A stretch of DNA of 64,000 nt from Bythopirellula sp. (GTDB lineage: Bacteria > Planctomycetota > Planctomycetia > Pirellulales > Lacipirellulaceae): assembly GCA_965216565.1 (NCBI GenBank), contig OZ244170.1:2816001-2880000 (forward strand). Reading direction: 5' to 3'. Made by a program: the position numbers and the translations under genes. The notes under the pieces were generated by a model. The model saw nothing but the letters and a program-made list of their open reading frames with translations. It did not search any database and was not told the origin of the DNA. Below are positions 56,859-64,000 of this stretch, piece after piece (positions within the stretch are counted from its first letter, which is position 1; each line of letters opens with the position of its first letter).

Positions 56859-57589
56859 TGCTGGCCTCCTGGGATGGCGACGGCAGACTCCGCTTGCGCG
56901 GGCGAACTCTCGGGCCGAGGCCTGCCCTGAAGCGTCGCAATCACTTGATAGGTGGAGGGTGTGTTGAGCGGCGTCTCTTCTTGGACCCGTTGAGGATCGA
57001 GCAAGAAATGGATCAGCCATTCCATGCGGCTGGGTCCCCCGTGAACCGTGGCCAGGTGGTCGGCATAGTTTTGGCCCGACTCGCGTCCCATCATTTCCGT
57101 TTGCTCGGCGAGCATCATATGTCGGTGGTAAAACAGCCGCGGCCACTGTTGCTCGAGGTTGGGGAATTCACCTTCGATTTGCTCGCCCGCGGGAGTCGAC
57201 ACACGGTAGCGAATGATGTGAGTCCCCGCTGGATCGGGAGCAAAGAATTCGTAACCGTGATTCAGATAAGCCAGGTTTAAATAGTGCCGAAAGAACTTGT
57301 GCAGTTCTTCGGTCACGAGGGGTCGCTGCCAAATGGCGCTGTCGTTGGCGGGAATCTGTGGCTGGCCTGGCGGAGGGACGTAACCGGGCGGCAACGCCGG
57401 GCCGACTGATAAATTCCAAGGAGCAGAGACAATGGCGACCAGATGCAAAACAACCAACAGACTCACCAGCAGCCGCCATGCTACGTGCCAAGGCATGCTG
57501 GGATTAACGCGTTTCGGCTTAGCTTTCGGTTTGGCAGCCGGCTGCTTTTCCGGTGGCGAAGTTGGGTTGTCTTGCCTCTTTTTTGACAT
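56855..57589 (-). CDS. SdpA/DUF5819-like partner of the HTTM protein
   Basis: Single TM ending LHL; GYEFFAPDP motif; translationally coupled to the HTTM gene. Confidence 0.65.
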   Translation of the reverse strand: MSKKRQDNPTSPPEKQPAAKPKAKPKRVNPSMPWHVAWRLLVSLLVVLHLVAIVSAPWNLSVGPALPPGYVPPPGQPQIPANDSAIWQRPLVTEELHKFFRHYLNLAYLNHGYEFFAPDPAGTHIIRYRVSTPAGEQIEGEFPNLEQQWPRLFYHRHMMLAEQTEMMGRESGQNYADHLATVHGGPSRMEWLIHFLLDPQRVQEETPLNTPSTYQVIATLQGRPRPESSPAQAESAVAIPGGQQ

Positions 57590-57648
57590 GGGAGTAGCTT
57601 GGCGACGAGGCAAGAATAGGGGTTCAGGGCGAGTTGCGAGCCTATAGC

Positions 57649-57688
57649 AAAAGAAAAACCCCCGCACCGGTCAACACCGATACGGGGG
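57649..57688 (-). terminator. Rho-independent terminator after the TIGR03000-type gene
   Basis: Minus strand CCCCCGTATCGGT-GTTG-ACCGGTGCGGGGG followed by TTTTTCTTTT; G-U pairs form only on the minus strand. Confidence 0.8.
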
Positions 57689-57729
57689 GATATGAAAATC
57701 GACCGCAAACCTAATCTTCCAATGGGGCT

Positions 57730-58719
57730 TTATCTGTCCAATTGGGCAATTTGGGTTGGGGCCGCTGTGTCGAAGCTAAACGCTAGCTCGTAGTTCTTGC
57801 CGCCTATGATCTTGAGATCTTGCTCACGAACCAAGGTCTTGCCGTCTCGCTCGAGCTCGACACGTATTTGGTACCCGTCCCAAGACTCACCCGCTTTGAG
57901 CTGAGTGGTGGTATAGGTCCGCTGCGCGCCAGTTTGCTTGGTCTGGCTACCCAGCAAGTAAACTTTGGCCTTTGCCGGGACGTCGACTGTCAGCTTGGTT
58001 TCGACAGGCTCGGTTTCCTCGGCGATGGCGGTTGCTTCTTGGGTTTCGCCAAACGACAGCGGAATCACGTCGCCTGCGCTGAGCTGCACAACCTTCTCTT
58101 CAGTCACAGCATCTTGGCCTGCTGGCTTGTAGGTGACCTCGAACTTATAGGTATAAGTCATGCCAGACTTCAAACCACGCGATACATAGCTGCGCTCCGA
58201 GCCAGTGCTCTTGGTTGGAGTATCGTTTACAACAACGGTCGCACCCTCGGGCACTTGGACTTTGATCGTCGCTGTGCTGTCGGCGGAACTGCTGCTAGCA
58301 GATGCGTAGGATGTGGTGTTTGAACTGCTGGATGCGTAATGGGAATGCGACGAAGAATAATACGTCGAAGCGTAACTACCATGCGATCCGTAGCCACCAT
58401 GGCTGCCGGCAGATCCATAGCTCACCGAACCGTGACTACCATAGCTGCCATAGCTCGCGCTGGAACCGTGGCTGCCATAAGAACCGTGCGAATGCCGGGC
58501 GGCACGTCGAGCACGAATTCTGGCGAACAGCCCCATTCGTCCATGGCTGCCGTGGCTGCCATAGCTCGCGCTGGAACCGGAACTGCCGTAGCTGCCATAG
58601 CTCCCCGAGGACCCCCAACTTCCGTAAGACCAAGCCATAGCGTCGGTACCAACCAATGCCACTACTAATCCTGGCACAATAGCCAACGCCAACTGCCTGC
58701 AAGTTCTTGCGACTTTCAT
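57730..58719 (-). CDS. Secreted protein with (Gly-Ser-X)n repeats and two planctomycete TIGR03000-type domains
   Basis: AGGAG RBS; signal ending AMA|W; two VP..A.V....T..TG..R.Y...L..G..Y domains. Confidence 0.82.
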   Translation of the reverse strand: MKVARTCRQLALAIVPGLVVALVGTDAMAWSYGSWGSSGSYGSYGSSGSSASYGSHGSHGRMGLFARIRARRAARHSHGSYGSHGSSASYGSYGSHGSVSYGSAGSHGGYGSHGSYASTYYSSSHSHYASSSSNTTSYASASSSSADSTATIKVQVPEGATVVVNDTPTKSTGSERSYVSRGLKSGMTYTYKFEVTYKPAGQDAVTEEKVVQLSAGDVIPLSFGETQEATAIAEETEPVETKLTVDVPAKAKVYLLGSQTKQTGAQRTYTTTQLKAGESWDGYQIRVELERDGKTLVREQDLKIIGGKNYELAFSFDTAAPTQIAQLDR

Positions 58720-58926
58720 CTGTCTCTCCTGAAAAAACACTATGTCTAGAGTGGTACGAGTCTCCCTACTGAGCATTACGATAGCAGCCCGGGCCCGTAA
58801 TTCAAGTAAGCTGCGCAATTTTGTCCTGATTTGGCGACTAGGGGGTTTGCAAGTGAAAAATAGGGCTGAGAAAACCTGACCGCATCCAGAGCTAGCTAGG
58901 GCCTCTAGGCCACTCTGCCCCCTGGT

Positions 58927-60177
58927 TCAATGTCCAGACTGAATTGGTTCCAACCGCACCGCATCAATATCCAGTCGTCCCGTCCCGCCTTGGAGCCCAA
59001 GCCGGACTATGGCCTCGCGAGTGGCTGGAGGAACGCGGAGTACTTCTCGCGTTTTGGTCCAGGAAAACGATCCTTCCCATTTGCCGAGACGGCGGTTTTC
59101 GATCACCGCGCGGCGGCCGTCGAAAAACGCGATTTGTAAGCAAGGCCGATCACCAGTGAACAGTCCTGGCTTGAGGTTGCGCCCTCGTGCGGTGGAGGAG
59201 ATTTCGATTTCGCGCACCTCACGGCCATCAATCGCCAAGCCTTGCAGGGCACGGCTAGCGCGTCCCGGCTCGTTGGATTTGAACGTCAGGTAGCGTTTGC
59301 CGTGGGGGGCATCGTTCTGCGAGACCTTTGCATCGCGTAGATAATGCCAACCAACGGGAAGGAGTGCGTCGTTCTCGTTCTCATTTAAAACTTGCTCGAA
59401 GCTGCCGTTGACGATTGCTGGTTTCGTCGGATCGGGAATCACCTGGCGAGCGTCTTCGGCCGCACCCGTCATCGGCACGAATAGCGTGGCCTGAAGCACC
59501 TCTCGCGTGAGCTTGCCATTGCGTTTTGTGACCCGATAAAGATTCTGTTGGTAACGCTCGCCCACTGGGATGATCAACTGCCCGCCTTCTTTGAGTTGTT
59601 CAACTAGCGCCGGCGGAATACTCTCGGGGGAGCAGGTGACGATAATCTTGTCGAACGGTGCCGCCTCGGGCCAACCGGCAAAGCCATCGCCGACGCGAAC
59701 CTGAACATTGTCGTAGCCCAGCGATTTCAATTTTCGCTCGGCGCGCTTTCCCAGGCTCTCGACGATTTCGATGGTGTACACCTCGTTGACCAAAGGGCTC
59801 AAGATCGCCGCTTGATAACCGCTGCCGGTGCCGATCTCCAGCACGCGATCGTCCGGTTGCGGATCAAGCTGCTCAGTCATGTAAGCGACGATGTAGGGTG
59901 GCGAGATCGTCTGTTGGTCACCAATCGGCAAGGCAACGTCTTGATAGGCCAGATGACGGAAGCCGCCGGGCACAAATTTGTGACGCGGCGTTGCTCGAAC
60001 CGCAGCCAGAACGCGGGGGTCGTTGACGCCTGCCCCTGCGATTTCCTCCCGCACCATTTGCTCGCGCTGCTGGGCGAAGTTTTCGGCTTTGCCAGAACTT
60101 GCCGAACAAATAATTAAGAGCATGGCCGCTAAACCGCAAGCGATCGTCGACCTGTTAATCCCAATATCGCGATTCAT
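58927..60177 (-). CDS. pcm: Protein-L-isoaspartate O-methyltransferase with signal-like N-terminus and extra C-terminal beta domain
   Basis: PRHKFVP, QTISPPY, VLEIGTGSGYQAA, GDGFAGWPEAAPFD, QLKEGG, FVPM. Confidence 0.9.
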   Translation of the reverse strand: MNRDIGINRSTIACGLAAMLLIICSASSGKAENFAQQREQMVREEIAGAGVNDPRVLAAVRATPRHKFVPGGFRHLAYQDVALPIGDQQTISPPYIVAYMTEQLDPQPDDRVLEIGTGSGYQAAILSPLVNEVYTIEIVESLGKRAERKLKSLGYDNVQVRVGDGFAGWPEAAPFDKIIVTCSPESIPPALVEQLKEGGQLIIPVGERYQQNLYRVTKRNGKLTREVLQATLFVPMTGAAEDARQVIPDPTKPAIVNGSFEQVLNENENDALLPVGWHYLRDAKVSQNDAPHGKRYLTFKSNEPGRASRALQGLAIDGREVREIEISSTARGRNLKPGLFTGDRPCLQIAFFDGRRAVIENRRLGKWEGSFSWTKTREVLRVPPATREAIVRLGLQGGTGRLDIDAVRLEPIQSGH

Positions 60178-60248
60178 CCCCCTATCTCCTGGTTTCTGTG
60201 AAACGCTATTATGAAGGGTCACCCCCCTAGGTTTTAACGAAAGCTACT

Positions 60249-61406
60249 ATGAGCGTCGCGGCATCAAATATCTCAGAAACACGAAGGCAACTACGCGCGC
60301 AGATGCCCGTGACCCGGAAATGGGCTTATTTCGATCATGCCGCGGTGGCTCCGATTCCACAGCCAACTCAAATCGCGATTCAGAAATGGGTCTCCGAAGC
60401 CGCTGAAGAGGGGGATACGGTTTGGCTCGATTGGGCTAAGCAGGTAAAAGCGACGCGTCAACTTGCGGCCGACCTCATTAGTGCCTCAACGAGTGAAATC
60501 GCCTTAGTCCCCAGCACCACCAGCGGCATCAACTTCGTCGCAGAGGGGTTCCCCTGGCAGTCGGGCGATAATGTCGTCACGCTCGACGATGAATTCCCGA
60601 GTAACCTCTACCCCTGGATGCACCTGGAGCGACTGGGAGTAGAAACGCGTCGGGTACCCACAGACAATGGCTGTGTGGACCTTGATGAATTCGCTTCCCA
60701 CTGCGACGAGCGGACGCGCGTGGTCTCCGTCAGTTGGGTTGGCTACGCCAACGGCTGCCGTCGAGACTTGGATGCGTTCAGCGATATTGCAAAGCGCTGC
60801 GGAGCTCTCTTCTTTGTCGATGCCATCCAGGGCTTAGGGGTATTTCCGCTCGACGTCACCCAAACCAACATCGATTGTCTGGCAGCAGACGGACACAAAT
60901 GGATGCTCGGACCCGAAGGTGCTGGCTTGGCGTATGTCAGCGAGGCGTGTCTAGAGAAGCTTCGTCCGCTAAACGTTGGTTGGAATAGCGTCGTGAGCGC
61001 CGGCAACTTCGATCACATCGAGTTAAAACTCAAACCAACTGCCGAGCGTTACGAAGGGGGCACGCTGAACATGGTGGGTTTCATCGGCCTGGGTGCGAGT
61101 TTGAAAACACTAATGGATCTCGGTACAGAAAACGTCGCTGCCACGATCCTTGACAATACGGAACAAGTGGCCGCGCGATTGCAGGATTTTGGTGGGAAGG
61201 TTTGCTCTCCTTGGGAAGAGATGGAGAGATCGGGGATCGTCTCGATAGAAATGCCCGATCGCGATCCCAACGAAATTCGCAAGCATTGCCTAGAGCATGG
61301 TGTGGCGCTCAATTGCCGAGCGGGTCGGTTGCGTGTCAGCGCCCATGCTTATAATGACAGCGAAGACCTGGATCGGCTAACGGCGGCTTTGGAGAAATTA
61401 CCTTGA
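60249..61406 (+). CDS. Class V PLP-dependent aminotransferase / cysteine desulfurase-like enzyme
   Basis: YFDHAAVAP, VDAIQ, ADGHKWMLGPEG, RYEGGT, LRVSAHAYN. Confidence 0.9.
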   Translation: MSVAASNISETRRQLRAQMPVTRKWAYFDHAAVAPIPQPTQIAIQKWVSEAAEEGDTVWLDWAKQVKATRQLAADLISASTSEIALVPSTTSGINFVAEGFPWQSGDNVVTLDDEFPSNLYPWMHLERLGVETRRVPTDNGCVDLDEFASHCDERTRVVSVSWVGYANGCRRDLDAFSDIAKRCGALFFVDAIQGLGVFPLDVTQTNIDCLAADGHKWMLGPEGAGLAYVSEACLEKLRPLNVGWNSVVSAGNFDHIELKLKPTAERYEGGTLNMVGFIGLGASLKTLMDLGTENVAATILDNTEQVAARLQDFGGKVCSPWEEMERSGIVSIEMPDRDPNEIRKHCLEHGVALNCRAGRLRVSAHAYNDSEDLDRLTAALEKLP

Positions 61407-61505
61407 GCGAGCCGGCTGGTCGCCAAGTCGGTTAGCCCGGGGGCGAACGCGCCGTGGCTCGCTCTCGAAATTGCGAAAAATTGAACCAGATGGAAATCAT
61501 CCTCT

Positions 61506-62012
61506 ATGTCTAGCCGAGCTGTTTATACGGGGTCGTTTGATCCGCTGACTCTGGGTCACTTGAATGTGATTGAGCGGAGTAGCCGACTGGTGGATGAACT
61601 TATTGTCGGTGTGGGTATCAATATCGACAAAAAATCGCTCTTCACAGCCGACGAGCGCGTGGAGTTGATTCGCCGAACGACTAAGGATCTTTCGAATGTC
61701 GAAGTGAAACTGTTTACTGGGCTAGCTGTTCATTTTGTACGCGAGTGCGACGCGCAAGTGATCATCCGCGGGGTGCGCTCACTCACGGATATGGAAACCG
61801 AATTCACGATGACCCTTGCCAACCGGAAGCTGGACCCGGGCATAGAGACGGTGTTCCTGATGGCCGACGATGAATTCTCGCATGTATCTAGCTCCCTCAT
61901 CAAGCAAATCACCCCACTGGCGGAAGACCAGGAGCTGGCTCGCTTTGTACCGGCTGAGATCGTGGGCGACTTGCGCGCAAAACTTTCCCAACAAGCTGAG
62001 AGCGACGATTAA
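61506..62012 (+). CDS. coaD: Phosphopantetheine adenylyltransferase
   Basis: YTGSFDPLTLGH, IIRGVR, ETVFL, VSSSLIK. Confidence 0.97.
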   Translation: MSSRAVYTGSFDPLTLGHLNVIERSSRLVDELIVGVGINIDKKSLFTADERVELIRRTTKDLSNVEVKLFTGLAVHFVRECDAQVIIRGVRSLTDMETEFTMTLANRKLDPGIETVFLMADDEFSHVSSSLIKQITPLAEDQELARFVPAEIVGDLRAKLSQQAESDD

Positions 62013-62034
62013 AAGTACAAACATGGGTGTCATT

Positions 62035-62174
62035 CTCGAAGTTTCATGTGGCCGGCTCGAAGTTTCATGTGGCCGGAGCGCCGTGGCGTCCCCGACCACG
62101 GCAGGTGCGATTGATTTCGGTAGCTGACTTGGGGACAAGTCGGCTCGCTATCTATGGCGGCTCGCTATCTATGG
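62035..62174. repeat. Two exact tandem duplications (21 bp x2 and 17 bp x2) flanking a hairpin
   Basis: CTCGAAGTTTCATGTGGCCGG at 62035 and 62056; CGGCTCGCTATCTATGG at 62141 and 62158. Confidence 0.85.
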
Positions 62175-62177
62175 CGA

Positions 62178-63434
62178 CTAGCAAACCGCCTTTAGCAAAA
62201 ACATACAAACGCTCATCAATCCCACCGCTGCCAGGGCAGTCTTGATTTGAGCGAACCAATTGTCGCGTGGCACTGAGTGCCACCCTCTAGCCGACTCGCC
62301 AGCCGCCGGGTCTACGGCGGCAAACGAATCAGACTCATCCTCAGCAGCAGGCCACATCCCCGCGATCTGCGGAGCGGGGGGAGCGAACCCCGCATCCGGC
62401 GGTCTTGGGTCTGTCACTTGCAGCTCTTCCCCCTCCGACTCGACAGGGTAGCAAACGCCGTTTCGACAAACGACTTGCGGTTCCGGTTCGCCTGGACGGT
62501 CCAACTGGGGCTGGGAGGGGTTTGACTCCATGCTTGCCAGGTGAACACCCTCATCAGAATCTCCTAAGTTAGGCTCGCCTAACTTAGGATGTCCGATGTC
62601 GGGCGCCAGAGTTGCCAGGAACGATTCGACACGACCTCCAAAGCTTCCTAAGGTCGTGCCCTGCCCTGCCCCGAACAGCACACCGGCCAATTGTCCACGT
62701 CGATCGAAGATAGGGCCTCCCGAATCGCCCTGTCTTGCTTCGACATCCAGTTCCACCATCTGCTGGGGGAAATTGGCACGCGGCGCGTAGTACTGAGTAC
62801 AACGACCGGTGGCTGCACGATAAAGTCCTGATCCATATCCGCATATGGTCAGTTGATCGCCCGGTTGGGGCGCTAAGGGCGAAAGTTCGACGGGCTCGAT
62901 CGGTGGTCGCCAAACCACCAGCGCCGCCAAGTCCCAATCGGCATCGACCTTCAGTGATCGGGCTTTGGTTTTGAATCCCCCTGGAAATTGGACTTCGATC
63001 GGTCCCGTGGCATCGCGGACCACATGCCAATTGGTGATCACGAGTCCAAACTCGTCGCGGACGTCGATCAATGTGCCGCTGCCATAGGAGGTGGCTCCCT
63101 CTTCGGGCACCACAATCCTGGCGACTGCCGGATGAGGCTGATCGCTCCGCAAGTGAGAATGATTGGAATAAGAACTTGCAGGAGGCTTCGTCGCAGAGTC
63201 AGGGACGCCGGAGCGCGCCATTTGCTCTGAACGCCGCGATGGTCGAAGGAAGGGATCGGTGACTGCGTGGCGAACAGGAAACTCTTGCTGCCAAATCTGC
63301 GTCAGCTCGGCACGCCGCGCCGCAGAGATCTGCGCTGACGCGGGCGCGGCCAAGATCAAACTATTCAAAGCGAAGAATACAAGGAAGATAGCCGCTCTGA
63401 GGTAGGAAGAAAAATGATTTCGCGTTTGGATCAT
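62178..63434 (-). CDS. Trypsin-like serine protease with signal peptide and C-terminal hydrophobic tail
   Basis: GSGTL, ITNWHVV, WDLAAL, QGDSGGP catalytic triad motifs. Confidence 0.88.
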   Translation of the reverse strand: MIQTRNHFSSYLRAAIFLVFFALNSLILAAPASAQISAARRAELTQIWQQEFPVRHAVTDPFLRPSRRSEQMARSGVPDSATKPPASSYSNHSHLRSDQPHPAVARIVVPEEGATSYGSGTLIDVRDEFGLVITNWHVVRDATGPIEVQFPGGFKTKARSLKVDADWDLAALVVWRPPIEPVELSPLAPQPGDQLTICGYGSGLYRAATGRCTQYYAPRANFPQQMVELDVEARQGDSGGPIFDRRGQLAGVLFGAGQGTTLGSFGGRVESFLATLAPDIGHPKLGEPNLGDSDEGVHLASMESNPSQPQLDRPGEPEPQVVCRNGVCYPVESEGEELQVTDPRPPDAGFAPPAPQIAGMWPAAEDESDSFAAVDPAAGESARGWHSVPRDNWFAQIKTALAAVGLMSVCMFLLKAVC

Positions 63435-63613
63435 ATTTTTTCGTCGGAGGGAGAAACGTGGGGCGGGGTCTGAGGTTTTCTCTGGGCTTCTTTTTCGAGA
63501 ATCATTCTCAGCAATCGCGAGCGCATCTGCCCGCGATCTTCTCGCTCCATCGTTTCTTGCTCCGTAGCCCGGTTGGGCTGATCGTCGCGCGAAATACTCT
63601 TATCCAGTCGCAT
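63431..63613 (-). CDS. Small hypothetical protein
   Basis: GGAGGT RBS before ATG 63613; its stop overlaps the protease ATG (ATGA). Confidence 0.55.
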   Translation of the reverse strand: MRLDKSISRDDQPNRATEQETMEREDRGQMRSRLLRMILEKEAQRKPQTPPHVSPSDEKI

Positions 63614-63628
63614 AGTGGCGACCTCCAT

Positions 63629-63868
63629 TTAGGCCGCGATGGGCCGACCACCGCGCAAATCCTCGTCGCGGTGGGGAAAATCTTGTCCGTTGTTGTACAG
63701 CATCTTCAGTCGTCTTAATTCAGCCCGGAGTGCATTCTCGGCAAGCTTCGTCAAAGTGAGTCGTGCAGGATAACCAGCTAAGTGAACTGCGGCATCGCGG
63801 GCTTCGTCGAGCACGTCGGCCGGCAAGTAGATGGTTGCTCTTACTTTCGGTCCATCACTGGGTGGCAT
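63629..63868 (-). CDS. Small ribbon-helix-helix DNA-binding protein
   Basis: GAGG RBS; beta strand VRATIYLP, then helices and LTKLAENALRAELRRL..YNNGQDF...GRP. Confidence 0.7.
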   Translation of the reverse strand: MPPSDGPKVRATIYLPADVLDEARDAAVHLAGYPARLTLTKLAENALRAELRRLKMLYNNGQDFPHRDEDLRGGRPIAA

Positions 63869-64000
63869 GTTGTTACCTCGCAAAGTGGGTCAGTAATCTC
63901 GCCTAGATATGTTCAATCGGACGTTAGTGACCATTACTTCAAACGTCTGACGTTTTGCCGCAGAGTCGCAACAACTGGAGAAGATTCCCCAATCGGAAAA

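Noticed and set aside
56859..57146. N-terminal extension of the HTTM ORF in the ORF track (likewise the extensions of queC, sigma-70, HDOD, 50684 and 58818 ORFs)
   Set aside because: Overlaps a neighbouring gene or intergenic DNA; downstream starts with RBS or ATGA coupling fit better.
62035..62174. Possible mini-CRISPR
   Set aside because: Repeats are directly adjacent without spacers, and the two pairs differ in sequence.

Overview
Chromosomal segment of a planctomycete, probably Pirellulales/Lacipirellulaceae-like. This is an inference from a Planctomycete-type extracellular signal (LRFECLEDRYLLS), TIGR03000-type domains, several PEP-CTERM proteins with DFDxxGxVDGxDFLxWQ repeats, and C1-transfer fhc genes. 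In order, the window holds: a ~12 kb minus-strand respiratory operon (Rieske, cytochrome b6-like, subunit IV-like, octaheme cytochrome c, two cupredoxin-like paralogs, diheme cytochrome c, truncated cytochrome c oxidase subunit II); purD; a Cys-rich leader-like ORF plus a secreted metallothionein-like peptide; queE/queC/queF; a CarH-like regulator divergent from a sigma-70 factor; gnd-zwf-psd-pssA-ribE-rsmA; mobA with fhcC/fhcB; several surface hydrolases; an SdpA/SdpB-like pair; pcm; and coaD. No rRNA, tRNA, CRISPR array or intact transposase was seen, but several REP/MITE-like palindromic repeats are present. The three strongest leads are: (1) a ~300 bp non-coding element found twice in inverted orientation (23.8 kb and 50.1 kb), each copy starting 10-14 nt after a stop codon and carrying NrdR-box-like motifs without any nrd gene nearby; (2) a single ORF built like two PEP-CTERM proteins in tandem, with an internal sorting signal followed by a second signal peptide, i.e. 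a candidate polyprotein; (3) a Cys-rich upstream ORF plus exported Cys-rich peptide that may form a metal-responsive module. Family assignments come from motif recognition by eye; no database search was run.
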